From Pseudonocardiaceae bacterium (GTDB taxonomy: Bacteria > Actinomycetota > Actinomycetes > Mycobacteriales > Pseudonocardiaceae), in NCBI GenBank assembly GCA_036009255.1, contig DASYMC010000012.1:1-45455 (forward strand): DNA of 45,455 bases, given 5' to 3'. The translations under genes and the position numbers were made by a program. Positions 19,320 through 30,801 of this stretch are shown one piece after another (positions within the stretch are counted from its first letter, which is position 1; the number at the start of each line of letters is the position of its first letter). The notes below the pieces were generated by a model. That model was given only the letters and a program-made list of their open reading frames with translations, searched no databases and was not told where the DNA came from.

Positions 19320-22169
19320 CTACGCGCAGGAGCAAACCAGATTGCGGTCCCCGTGGGCCTGGTCGATCCGCCGTACCGGCGGCCACACCTTGATGGCGCT
19401 CCGGCCCATCGGGTAGGCGGCGAGTTCTCGGCTGTAGGGATGGTCCCACTTATCGGTCAGGCAGCTCGCAGTGTGCGGCGCGCAGCGAAGCGGGTTGTCG
19501 TCAGCGGGCCACTCGCCCTCGGCGACCCGGTCGATCTCGTCCCGGATCGCGATCATGGCGTCGCAGAAACGATCTAGCTCAGCCAGGTTCTCGCTTTCGG
19601 TCGGCTCGACCATCAAGGTACCGGCGACGGGGAACGACATGGTGGGGGCATGCAACCCATAGTCAACGAGCCGCTTGGCGACGTCCTCTACGGTGACGCC
19701 GGTCATCTTGGTGATGGACCGCAGATCCAGGATGCACTCGTGGGCCACTAACCCGTTACGCCCCGTGAACAGCACCGGGAAGTACCCGCCGAGCCGGCGG
19801 GCGACGTAGTTCGCGCTGGTCACCGCAGTTAGGGTGGCGCGGCGCAGGCCGGCCGCACCCATCATCCGGATGTAGGCCCAGCTGATCGGCAGAATCGAGG
19901 CGCTGCCCCACGGCGCGGCGGCCACCGGGCCTACCACGGCATCGGGATGGGTCTCCGGGTGCCCGGGTAGGAACGGCGCAAGGTGAGCCCGCACCCCGAT
20001 CGGCCCGACCCCTGGACCGCCGCCCCCGTGCGGGATGCAGAAGGTCTTGTGGAGGTTGAGGTGGCTGACGTCGGCGCCGAAACGACCCGGGCGGGCCAGC
20101 CCGAGTAGCGCGTTGAGATTAGCCCCATCGACGTAGACCTGCCCACCGGCTTCGTGCACGAGATCGCACACCTGCGCCACACCCTGCTCGTACACCCCAT
20201 GCGTGGACGGATAGGTGATCATGATGGCGGCTAGCTCGGCACCGTGCTTGGCGATCTTCACCCGGAGGTCATCGAGATCGACGTCACCCTTGTGGTCACA
20301 CCCAACGACCATGACCCGCATCCCGGCCATCACCGCCGAGGCCGCGTTGGTACCGTGCGCGCTGGACGGGATAAGGCAGACGTCGCGGCCCGCCTCACCA
20401 CGGCTGCGGTGGTAAGCGCGGATCGCCAGCAAACCGGCGAACTCGCCCTGGCTGCCTGCGTTGGGTTGCATGCTGACCGCGTCGTACCCGGTCAGTGCGG
20501 CCAGCCAGCGCTCCAGGTCACTGGCCACCTCGAGCAGGCCTTGCGCATCCTCGAGGGGCGCAAACGGATGCAGCTGCGCGAACTGCGGCCAGCTGATCGG
20601 CTCCATCTCTGCGGTGGCATTGAGCTTCATCGTGCAGGAGCCCAGCGGGATCATGCTGCGGTCCAGTGCCATGTCCTTGTCGGCGAGTGTGCGCAGGTAG
20701 CGCAGTAGTGCCGTCTCGCTGTGGTATGCGGAGAACACCGGATGGGTGAGGAACGATGAGGTTCGCCGCAACGCAGCCGGGACGATGTCCGGGATCTCCC
20801 GATCGAGAACATCCGGGTCGGCCGCCGGTACGCCGAAGGCCTCCCACACTGTCCGAAGGTGCTCCCGGGTGGTGGTCTCCGCACAACTGATCCCGACGTG
20901 ATCGGCGTCGGCCAGCCGCAGATCGATGCCAGCTACCCGAGCGGCGTGCGCCACTTCAGCGGCCCGGCCGGGCACCCTGGCCAGCACCGTGTCGAAGAAT
21001 GCTTCGGGCGCCACCTCGACACCGCCGTCGCGTAACCCCGCGGCGAGTACCGCGGCCATTCGGTGCGCCCGGTACGCGATGTCGCGTAACCCCTCAGATC
21101 CGTGGTAGACCGCGTACATCGAGGCCATCACGGCCAGCAGCACCTGCGCAGTGCAGATATTGCTGGTGGCTTTCTCCCGGCGGATGTGCTGCTCGCGGGT
21201 CTGCAATGCCAGGCGCAGCGCGGGTGACCCGTCGGCATCACAGGACACGCCGACCAGCCGGCCGGGGAGCTGGCGCGCGAGGTTGCCGCGCACAGCCAGG
21301 TAGGCGGCATGGGGGCCGCCGAAGCCCAGCGGCACACCGAAGCGCTGGGTGGATCCGAATGCCACATCAGCGCCGTGCTCGCCCGGCGGTACCAGCAGGG
21401 TCAACGCCAGCGGATCGGCAGCAACCGCCACCGCAGTACCGCGCTGATGCGCCTGCTCGATCAGCCTGGCATAGTCGCGCACCGCACCGGACACGCCCGG
21501 GTAAGACAGCGACACGCCGAAGAAGTCACCGTCCGGGAGGTCACGGGATAGGTCTGTGACATCCAGCTCGATACCTAATGGTTCCGCGCGGGTAGCCAGC
21601 ACTGCCAGCGTTTGTGGCAACGTGTCGGCGTCGACAACGAAACGCGAGGAGGACCCCCGGTGCGCCCGACGCAGCAGGGTCATCGCCTCGGCGGCTGCGG
21701 TCGCTTCGTCAAGCAGCGAGGCATTGGCTACCGCCAGACCGGTGAGGTCGCAGATCATCGTCTGGAAGTTGAGTAATGCCTCGAGCCGGCCTTGGGAGAT
21801 CTCCGGTTGGTAGGGCGTGTAAGCGGTATACCAGGCCGGATTCTCCAACACAGAACGGCGGATCACCGGCGGAGTTACCGTGCCGTGGTATCCCATGCCG
21901 ATCATCGGCACTCGCGGGTGGCATCGCATCGCACGTTCGCGCAGTTCGGCGAGGGCCTGTACCTCGGTGGCCGGACCCGGTAGATCCTGGGTGGCCTCTG
22001 GGTCGGCGAGGGCAGATGGCAACGCCAGCTGCGCCAGCTCTTCCAATGACTGTACGCCGATGATGTCGACCATCCGGGCCAGTTCGTCAGGACGTGGCCC
22101 AATGTGCCGGTCAGCGAATGGAGTGCCGTGTTCGAGTTCGGATAGCGAGCGCCGGTCGGAAACGTTCAT
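19320..22169 (-). CDS. gcvP: glycine dehydrogenase (decarboxylating), P protein
   Basis: 949 aa single-chain P protein with the PLP-lysine context [22 protein letters not shown] 22169 has GGAGG 8 nt upstream. The in-frame GTG 22175 would leave only 2 nt. Confidence 0.95.
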   Translation of the reverse strand: MNVSDRRSLSELEHGTPFADRHIGPRPDELARMVDIIGVQSLEELAQLALPSALADPEATQDLPGPATEVQALAELRERAMRCHPRVPMIGMGYHGTVTPPVIRRSVLENPAWYTAYTPYQPEISQGRLEALLNFQTMICDLTGLAVANASLLDEATAAAEAMTLLRRAHRGSSSRFVVDADTLPQTLAVLATRAEPLGIELDVTDLSRDLPDGDFFGVSLSYPGVSGAVRDYARLIEQAHQRGTAVAVAADPLALTLLVPPGEHGADVAFGSTQRFGVPLGFGGPHAAYLAVRGNLARQLPGRLVGVSCDADGSPALRLALQTREQHIRREKATSNICTAQVLLAVMASMYAVYHGSEGLRDIAYRAHRMAAVLAAGLRDGGVEVAPEAFFDTVLARVPGRAAEVAHAARVAGIDLRLADADHVGISCAETTTREHLRTVWEAFGVPAADPDVLDREIPDIVPAALRRTSSFLTHPVFSAYHSETALLRYLRTLADKDMALDRSMIPLGSCTMKLNATAEMEPISWPQFAQLHPFAPLEDAQGLLEVASDLERWLAALTGYDAVSMQPNAGSQGEFAGLLAIRAYHRSRGEAGRDVCLIPSSAHGTNAASAVMAGMRVMVVGCDHKGDVDLDDLRVKIAKHGAELAAIMITYPSTHGVYEQGVAQVCDLVHEAGGQVYVDGANLNALLGLARPGRFGADVSHLNLHKTFCIPHGGGGPGVGPIGVRAHLAPFLPGHPETHPDAVVGPVAAAPWGSASILPISWAYIRMMGAAGLRRATLTAVTSANYVARRLGGYFPVLFTGRNGLVAHECILDLRSITKMTGVTVEDVAKRLVDYGLHAPTMSFPVAGTLMVEPTESENLAELDRFCDAMIAIRDEIDRVAEGEWPADDNPLRCAPHTASCLTDKWDHPYSRELAAYPMGRSAIKVWPPVRRIDQAHGDRNLVCSCA

Positions 22170-22175
22170 CAGCAC

Positions 22176-22300
22176 GACCTCCGGACTTCAGGGAGGCTTG
22201 CTCCTTTCGGCGCCCGGGCGGCCAAGGCCGAGAACTCTCCCATGCGGGATTGGCGACTACGCACTCAGCGTACCCCGCGATGTAGTTATCCCAGGATGCC
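22176..22300 (-). promoter_or_regulatory. gcvP 5' leader with glycine-riboswitch-like core and SD-sequestering hairpin
   Basis: The minus strand reads GGGAGAG (22241-22235), then CGCCGAAAGGAGCAA (22212-22198), then GCCUCCC (22197-22191), then the SD GGAGG (22182-22178). The 3' consensus segment (CUCAGGCAAAAGGAC) was not found. Confidence 0.45.
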
Positions 22301-22371
22301 GGCATGCGGCTGTGACCGGCTACACAGTGCGTTACTCAACACCGCAGCGCTTCTCAACACCGCGGCATGCG

Positions 22372-22995
22372 TCAGCTGATCCGGCGGGCCCGCCGGCGCT
22401 TGGTCAGCTCGTCCTCCGGAGCTACCTCGACGTGGCCACCGTCCGCACGCTCCGGGGGAAATCGGCTGATTGATCCGGCGATCTCCTTCATCGCGCCACT
22501 GACTGCGATGCCGAACACGCCTTGACCACCTTGCAGCAGGTCGACCACTTCCTCAGGAGTGGTGCATTCGTAGACCGTGGTGCCGTCACTGAACAGGGTT
22601 ATGCGAGCGAGGTCGTGCACTCCGCGGCGGCGCAGATGCTCCACGGCGACTCGAATGTTCTGCAGGGAGACCCCGGTGTCCAGTAGCCGTTTGACCACCT
22701 TGAGGACCAGGATGTCCTTGAACGAGTACAGCCGCTGGCTACCTGATCCCGAAGCTCCCCGAATCGATGGCGCTACCAGGTTGGTTCGTGCCCAGTAGTC
22801 CAGCTGGCGGTAGGTGATCCCAGCGATCTGGCATGCTGCGGGGCCACGGTAGCCGAGCAGATGGTCGGTGATTCCGTGCGGATCCGCCAAGACGGAGTCT
22901 GGGAACAGGGTGCCTTGCTCAGCCGGTCCGGGAGCCCCGGAATGCTTGAGGTCATGCGCCGGGATGTCCGCTGCGCCGCGCGGTCCGTCGACCAC
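22372..22995 (-). CDS. MerR-family transcriptional regulator (Rv1830/FtsR-like)
   Basis: Carries ACQIAGITYRQLDYWARTNLV...GSGSQRLYSFKDILVLKVVKRLLDTGVSLQNIR. GTG 22995 has GGGAGG 5 nt upstream. The ORF-track version starting at TTG 23214 adds an R-rich, low-GC3 extension. Confidence 0.8.
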   Translation of the reverse strand: MVDGPRGAADIPAHDLKHSGAPGPAEQGTLFPDSVLADPHGITDHLLGYRGPAACQIAGITYRQLDYWARTNLVAPSIRGASGSGSQRLYSFKDILVLKVVKRLLDTGVSLQNIRVAVEHLRRRGVHDLARITLFSDGTTVYECTTPEEVVDLLQGGQGVFGIAVSGAMKEIAGSISRFPPERADGGHVEVAPEDELTKRRRARRIS

Positions 22996-23214
22996 CCATG
23001 CCTCCCACGCCGTGCGCGCCGATGCCCCGTGAAACGTTGCCCGGCAGTTTCTCCGGCCGTTCCGGGGCGAATCACACCGGCGCGACTCACTGTGAGGATC
23101 GACGGTAGGCGCCACCGGGTGGTCGGTCAATACGACGCGCGGCAGAGCTCTCACCCTCAACTTGAGATCGAGGTTCCGAAGTGGGGCTTCACGTATCGCA
23201 CCCGGCAGCGTCAA

Positions 23215-23688
23215 TCAGGTATCCGCTCCGCGGAAGTCCTCTGGGGAGACGGAGTCGAGGAACTCACGGAACCGCTCCACCTCGTTCTCCTGGTCATCCG
23301 GGATGACCAGACCAGCTTCGGAGAGCACCGACTCGTCGGCATGAATCGGCACGCCGACCCGTAATGCCAGCGCAACCGAGTCGCTTGGCCGGGCGGAGAC
23401 CCGTACGTTGCCGTCGAAGACCAGCTCGGCGAAGAAGGTGCCTTCCTGCAGCTCAGTGATCCGGACCTGCTTCAGCTTTCCACCCAGCGCCCGGATCACG
23501 TCTCGGAGCAGGTCGTGGGTCATCGGCCGGGCCGGTTGCACGCCCTGCTGCTCCAGCGCGATGGCGGTCGCCTCTCCCGAACCGATCCAGATCGGCAGGT
23601 AGCGCTCGCCCTTGGTTTCCCTTAACAGCAGGATCGGCTGGTTCGCTGGCAACTCCACCCGGACACCGACGACACGCATCTCGCTCAT
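23215..23688 (-). CDS. bifunctional nuclease family protein (DUF151, Rv1829-like)
   Basis: Carries MRVVGVRVELPANQPILLLRE...RYLPIWIG..EATAIA...RPMTHDL. A GGGAGGGAGG RBS precedes the ATG. Confidence 0.85.
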   Translation of the reverse strand: MSEMRVVGVRVELPANQPILLLRETKGERYLPIWIGSGEATAIALEQQGVQPARPMTHDLLRDVIRALGGKLKQVRITELQEGTFFAELVFDGNVRVSARPSDSVALALRVGVPIHADESVLSEAGLVIPDDQENEVERFREFLDSVSPEDFRGADT

Positions 23689-23929
23689 CGCGTTGCGCCT
23701 CCCTCCCGGTGCACCCTTTGGACCGGGTGCCTCGAGGACCGTCGTGCTCAGCGGTGGACAGGCACCGGCCGCCGGTTGCTGCTAGCCCTGTCGCGTCTCC
23801 ACCATCGCTACCCTTGAGACGCTACACGGGGCACCGTCCCGATGCCGAGTCCTGCGGCGGCTCAAATTCCCACGTTTACCTACTTCTGCGGTCCTCTGCT
23901 CTGAGCCTGCCGGTACCCGGCCACCGGCG

Positions 23930-24730
23930 TCAGCTGCCGATGACCCCACGCAATCCGATTTTGACCAGGAGGGCATGCAGTCGCAAGGACAGCACGGCCA
24001 GCTCCCGGACCACCTCGTCGGCGCGGGCCCGTGCGTCAGGATCTCGTTGCCGGCTCACTGGAGTGACAATTTGTGCCAGCAAGCCTACCTCACGGTCCGC
24101 CGACGCCCGGAAGGAACGCAGGTGCCTGGGCTCCAACCCGAAATCGGTCATCGCCTGCGTCGTCCTTGCCACCAGGACCGCATCGGTGTCGTAGAAGCCT
24201 GCTGGACCCGGCCTAACCAGGCCGAACTGCTCGAGTTGAGTCAGTACGGCCTTGGTGATGCCGGCCGCGGCGAGCAGCTCCTCCTGGGTCATCCGCGCCG
24301 TATCAGCTGCGTGGAGGTCTTCCGATCCGCCCCGTTCCGTCGCCTGTATCGCCGCGTCGGGGTAAGCGCTAACGCGTGGCCGCGTCGCCTGCGGCCAGCG
24401 CTGGGCGGTGAGCCTTCCGGGGGATCGTTCCGAGCATCCTTGCGGTGGCTGTTCAGATTCACCCCGATCTCGCGCGTCCAGATACTCTTTGATGACTCTC
24501 AGCGGGAGGTAGTGGTCGCGCTGGGCGGCGAGCACATAGCGCAGCCGTTCCACATCAGTTGCGGAGAATTGCCGGTAACCGGCAGCGGTGCGTTCTGGCT
24601 GGACGAGGCCTTCGGACTCCAGAAATCTGATCTTGGAAATGGTGACGTCGGGGAACTCCGCCCGCAGCTGGGCGAGCACCGAGCCGATGCTCGCCCCGGT
24701 ACGTTCACCCGAGCGGCGCGGGGCCGTCAC
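23930..24730 (-). CDS. MerR-family transcriptional regulator (Rv1828-like)
   Basis: Carries SIGSVLAQLRAEFPDVTISKIRFLESEGLVQPERTAAGYRQFS. GTG 24730 overlaps the garA stop (GTGA). Confidence 0.85.
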   Translation of the reverse strand: MTAPRRSGERTGASIGSVLAQLRAEFPDVTISKIRFLESEGLVQPERTAAGYRQFSATDVERLRYVLAAQRDHYLPLRVIKEYLDARDRGESEQPPQGCSERSPGRLTAQRWPQATRPRVSAYPDAAIQATERGGSEDLHAADTARMTQEELLAAAGITKAVLTQLEQFGLVRPGPAGFYDTDAVLVARTTQAMTDFGLEPRHLRSFRASADREVGLLAQIVTPVSRQRDPDARARADEVVRELAVLSLRLHALLVKIGLRGVIGS

Positions 24731-25197
24731 CGAGACCCCTGGTCAGCTCCTCGGCTCCCGGCGCGCGGCCCAGCCAGGAACACCAGCCGGAATTTGCCGA
24801 TCTGAACCTCATCGCCGTTGGCCAGCATTGCGGTGTCCACCGGCTCACGGTTGACGTAGGTGCCGTTGAGGCTGCCCACGTCCACCACCACGAACTCACC
24901 GCCCTCGCGGCGGAACTCGGCGTGCCGGCGGGACACTGTGACGTCATCGAGGAAGATGTCGCTGTCCGGATGCCGGCCCGCGCTCGTGGTAGGCCGATCG
25001 AGGAGAAATCGGGAACCGGCGTTAGGGCCACGCCGTACCACCAGCAATGCCGAACCCGCCGGTAGTGCGTCAATACCAGCGATGGGCGGGGCCGGTGACT
25101 CAGCGCTCTCGACTTCGGACAGGAAATCGGCCCGGAACGTCGAGGTCTGCTCCGGGCCCCGCTCTGGCGGTACGCCGGGCCCGTCGTTCGTGCTCAC
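24727..25197 (-). CDS. garA: FHA-domain regulator GarA/OdhI
   Basis: Has the N-terminal phospho-Thr motif region EQTSTFRADFL and the FHA core GRHPDSDIFLDDVTVSRRHAEF...GSLNGTYVN. GTG 25197 has GAAGGAG 8 nt upstream. The alternative start is GTG 25239. Confidence 0.9.
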   Translation of the reverse strand: MSTNDGPGVPPERGPEQTSTFRADFLSEVESAESPAPPIAGIDALPAGSALLVVRRGPNAGSRFLLDRPTTSAGRHPDSDIFLDDVTVSRRHAEFRREGGEFVVVDVGSLNGTYVNREPVDTAMLANGDEVQIGKFRLVFLAGPRAGSRGADQGSR

Positions 25198-25298
25198 GCT
25201 GGGCTCTCCTTCGCGGGGTGGTCGCCGTTGATCGACCACAACCTACCGTGCCACAGCACGCGATGCGGAGGCGGAGGTAGGCGCCTGCTGCGCCGGTC

Positions 25299-25682
25299 TC
25301 AGTCCTCCTCGATGAGCGCCCGGTACTCCTCCGCGATCATCAAGGAATCCACCGTAGACATCTCGGACAGCTTGATCTCGATCATCCAGCCCTCGCCGTA
25401 AGGATCGGAGTTGATCAATTCGGGGTGCTCCTCCAGGGTATCGTTGCAGGCGACCACCTCGCCTGCCAGTGGCGCGAACACGTCCGACACGCTTTTTGTG
25501 GATTCCACCTCACCGACTGGTTCGCCCCCTGCCACCGAGTCACCGAGGCGCGGCAACTGAACGTAGACCACCTCTCCGAGCTGCGTCTGCGCGTAGTCGG
25601 TGATACCGACCCGCACGGTGCCGTCCGCTCCAAGACGCACCCACTCGTGCCCCGGGGTGTACCGCAGCTCCTCGGGAACCAC
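25299..25682 (-). CDS. gcvH: glycine cleavage system H protein
   Basis: Carries YTPGHEWV and the lipoyl-lysine context VESTKSVSDV. A GGGAGG RBS precedes GTG 25682. Confidence 0.95.
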   Translation of the reverse strand: MVPEELRYTPGHEWVRLGADGTVRVGITDYAQTQLGEVVYVQLPRLGDSVAGGEPVGEVESTKSVSDVFAPLAGEVVACNDTLEEHPELINSDPYGEGWMIEIKLSEMSTVDSLMIAEEYRALIEED

Positions 25683-25694
25683 CGCGACCTCCCA

Positions 25695-26309
25695 TCATGC
25701 CGGGTTCGCGCCTGCCCTGGCGCGGACCGTGAGCAGGAACTGAATGAGGTAGAGCACTCCTGACCAGACGTACAGTGCACCGCCCCACCCAATGAACGCC
25801 ACCGCAAACGCATGGGCCACTGCACCCAGCCAACCGTGCACATCGTGGGCGAGCAGCAACAGTGGGAATGCATAAAGCAGGCAGAGAGTAGCTGCCTTGC
25901 CCACATAGTGCACCGGCAGCGGCCCATGGCCGTAATGACGCAGCACAGGCAGCGTCGCCATCAACACCAGATCCCGGCCCAGCAGCGCGCCGACCACCCA
26001 CCACGGCAGGATGTCCCGCACACCGAAGGCGAGCAGGATGCTGACCGTGGACAGCCGATCTACCGCCGGGTCGAGTAACACACCCAACTTGCTGGACTGG
26101 TTCAGTAAGCGGGCGAGCTTGCCGTCCAACCAGTCGGTGAGCCCTGATAGCGCTAATACCAGCACCGCGAGCAGATCACGGTGTGGGCCGAGCAGCAGCC
26201 ATAAGAACAGCGGCACACCGGCCAGCCTGAGCAGGCTGAGCACGTTGGGCACCGTGAGCAGCCGGTCGGCCGGTTCCCGCACAGGATTCTTCGGCCGGCT
26301 GTCGGACAC
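25695..26309 (-). CDS. CDP-alcohol phosphatidyltransferase (PgsA/cardiolipin synthase-like)
   Basis: DWLDGKLAR-x8-G-x3-D-x3-D motif present. Multi-TM. Sits 12 nt upstream of gcvH. Confidence 0.85.
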   Translation of the reverse strand: MSDSRPKNPVREPADRLLTVPNVLSLLRLAGVPLFLWLLLGPHRDLLAVLVLALSGLTDWLDGKLARLLNQSSKLGVLLDPAVDRLSTVSILLAFGVRDILPWWVVGALLGRDLVLMATLPVLRHYGHGPLPVHYVGKAATLCLLYAFPLLLLAHDVHGWLGAVAHAFAVAFIGWGGALYVWSGVLYLIQFLLTVRARAGANPA

Positions 26310-26395
26310 CCTGCATCACCTCATCGACACCGTACGGTGTGTGCTGGGTTGTACTCGTTTTGAGCTAGTTACCGAGGGTTCGATCCAGTTACGGT

Positions 26396-28403
<2,008 letters not shown>

Positions 28404-28496
28404 CAGACGTCCTCCCGTGGTGAATTCGACTCGCAACTTAAGGCACCTGCAAGGTTCGTAGTGCGGCGGCGCACCGGGTGGTGTGCACTGTGACCC

Positions 28497-29180
28497 ATGG
28501 CCTCGCATTCCGCCTCACATCCGCAAGATCCTGTGCAACGCGCCTTCAGTGGGGGGCGCGGTGCCTTCCTCGCGGCGGCAGTGCGGTCCCCCCGCGATGT
28601 GGGGACGCTGCTGCCCTCGGGACCTGAGCTGGCTCGGCGGCTGGCCGCCGTGGTGCCCGGAGCCGGCCACAGTGAGCGCCCTGCGGTGGTGGTGGAGATC
28701 GGTGCCGGCGCCGGGGCGGTCACCGCGGCGATCGCCCAGCAGGCCGACCCGGGCGCGGTGGTGATTGCGGTCGAGAAGGACCCAGAACTCGCTGAGCGGC
28801 TGCGGTCCCGCGAGTTGGGCGTACGAGTGGTCACCGCGGACGCCGCGACGCTTCCAGCCATCCTCGCCCAGCACGGCCTGGATCGCGCGGACGTGATCGT
28901 CTCGGTGCTGCCCTGGACCCTGTTCGGTCCCGAACAGCAGCGCGAGTTTTTAGCGATCTTTTCGGCGGCGTTGCAGCCCGACGGCGTGTTCACCGCGGCC
29001 GCCTACAGCCTGGGCTACTGGACGCCCGCGGCTCGCCGGTTCCGCTGCGAGTTGGATCGGGTTTTTGGCGAGGTGCTGCCGACCCGCACCATGTGGCGGC
29101 ACCTCCCACCGGCGATGACCTATGTGTGCCGGCACCCAGCTGTGGCCAGTGACGGCATCACCGCGGATCCGAGTCAATGA
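28497..29180 (+). CDS. class I SAM-dependent methyltransferase
   Basis: VVEIGAGAGAVTAAI is the SAM motif I. About 227 aa. Divergent from the DinB-like gene. Confidence 0.7.
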   Translation: MASHSASHPQDPVQRAFSGGRGAFLAAAVRSPRDVGTLLPSGPELARRLAAVVPGAGHSERPAVVVEIGAGAGAVTAAIAQQADPGAVVIAVEKDPELAERLRSRELGVRVVTADAATLPAILAQHGLDRADVIVSVLPWTLFGPEQQREFLAIFSAALQPDGVFTAAAYSLGYWTPAARRFRCELDRVFGEVLPTRTMWRHLPPAMTYVCRHPAVASDGITADPSQ

Positions 29181-30618
29181 GCAGGCGGCCATCCAGCCGG
29201 TTCACCCGTAGCACCCGCTTGACGACTTCAGCGTTGCCGTCTTTGTTGTAAGTGACCTCCACGGGTACCCGGACCGAGCCATCGGGGTTGTCTGTGACGC
29301 CGAAGGCATTGCGAGCGCTGACCGAGGAGTACTCGCTCCAGTACGACCGGAACTGCTGCTCGGCGCCGAAGGTCGCCTGTGCGGTGGGTGAGAGCATCTG
29401 CCAGGCGGTCGGCGGCTTGTCCAGGCCGTTGTAGTAATCGATCACGAGCTGCCCGGCATTGCTCCACGCGATCGTCTGGGCATGGTCCACTCGCTGCATC
29501 TGTGGCTGCGATGGCGGTGTGACCGGCGGTGCCGGCATCGCCGCAGGTGCGGAGGTGGCTCCTAGCCCGGCCGACTGCGCGGCCTGTCCTCCCGTCAAGC
29601 CGCGCGTCAACAGCACCCCGCCGCCGGCGAACGCAAGCAGCGCTAGAACAGCTCCCACCAGCACGCCGGCATTAACGCGCCGTCGCGCCGCCCGCGGCCG
29701 AAAGGTTGCAGGGGCTAAGGGAGCCAGCCGCGGCGCAGGGCCGGGCGAGCGCGCGGACACCACGGTAGGCGGCAGCGCGGCAGCTGAGGATTCCTTCCTG
29801 CTCGGCTTAGCGGTCGAAGCGGCCCGGCGCACCGGTCGCGTGGTTGGCGCCGCAGCGAACTCCAGGCTGGCGCGGTGCATGTCGGGGCGCGCTGCCGGGT
29901 CTTTGGCCAGCAACTTCATCAGCACCGCGGACAGCGCTCCAGCGTGCCGGGGTGGTGCCACCTGCCCGCTGGCCACCGCGTGCAGCAGCGCGAGCGGGTT
30001 GTCGCTGTCCCCGAAAGGACCTTGCCCTTCCAGTGCTGCGTAGAGCGTGGCGCCGAGGGAGAACACGTCCGAGGCCGCGGTAGGGAGCTGCCCACGGGCG
30101 ACCTCGGGAGCGAGGTAGGCGGGAGTACCGGCCATCATTCCCGTCTGGGTGACCGTGACGTCGCCGACAGCACGCGAGACGCCGAAGTCGGTGATCTTGG
30201 CGGTGCCGTCGTCGGCGATCAGGATGTTCCCAGGCTTCACGTCCCGATGCACGATTTGCGCCGCATGGGCAGCGGCCAGCGCTGAAGCGATCTGCCTGCC
30301 GATCGAAGCGACCTCGGGCACCGGGAGACAGCACCGCTCGCCGAGCACCGCGGCGAGGCTGCGCGAGGGCAGGTACTCCATCACCAGGCAGGGCTCGCCG
30401 TCGTGCTCGGCCACGTCGTAGACCACGATGGCGTTCGGGTGCTGCAGCCGCGCGGCGATGCGCGCCTCCCGCAGCGCGCGAGCCCGGGCTTCGTCGGTCG
30501 CCCTGGGACTCAGCTCGGGCTGCAACAATAGCTGTTTCACCGCCACCAGCCGCTGTAGCCGCTCGTCCATGGCCTGCCAGACGACGCCCATGCCGCCGCT
30601 GCCTATACGGTCGAGCAC
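29158..30618 (-). CDS. membrane Ser/Thr protein kinase with small extracytoplasmic C-terminal domain
   Basis: Has GSGGMG, HRDVKPGNIL, DFG and APE motifs. A Pro/Ala linker precedes one TM (VLVGAVLALLAFAGGGVLL) and an outside domain of about 125 aa. The start is problematic (see findings). Confidence 0.85.
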   Translation of the reverse strand: MLDRIGSGGMGVVWQAMDERLQRLVAVKQLLLQPELSPRATDEARARALREARIAARLQHPNAIVVYDVAEHDGEPCLVMEYLPSRSLAAVLGERCCLPVPEVASIGRQIASALAAAHAAQIVHRDVKPGNILIADDGTAKITDFGVSRAVGDVTVTQTGMMAGTPAYLAPEVARGQLPTAASDVFSLGATLYAALEGQGPFGDSDNPLALLHAVASGQVAPPRHAGALSAVLMKLLAKDPAARPDMHRASLEFAAAPTTRPVRRAASTAKPSRKESSAAALPPTVVSARSPGPAPRLAPLAPATFRPRAARRRVNAGVLVGAVLALLAFAGGGVLLTRGLTGGQAAQSAGLGATSAPAAMPAPPVTPPSQPQMQRVDHAQTIAWSNAGQLVIDYYNGLDKPPTAWQMLSPTAQATFGAEQQFRSYWSEYSSVSARNAFGVTDNPDGSVRVPVEVTYNKDGNAEVVKRVLRVNRLDGRLLIDSDPR

Positions 30619-30801
30619 CCGGTAGTGGCCGGCGATCAGCTGACCCGTGTCGATATGCGGTCACTCCCTCATGTTTTCCCGCATGGGCGCTGCGTTCCCC
30701 GACAAGGGGCCAGGTTACCGCCCGGCAACCGGGTTTGGTGCGCCAGCCCGGGGGCCCCGGCTCGCCCCGAGAAGGCGATTCCGGGCACCATCGTGACCAC
30801 C

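Noticed and set aside
22260-22372. A full tandem (two-aptamer) glycine riboswitch upstream of gcvP
   Set aside because: Only one GGAGAG...CCGAA(A)GGAGCAA core is visible. The upstream segment matches the consensus only loosely, and the 3' closing block is missing. I therefore report only a riboswitch-like leader at moderate confidence.
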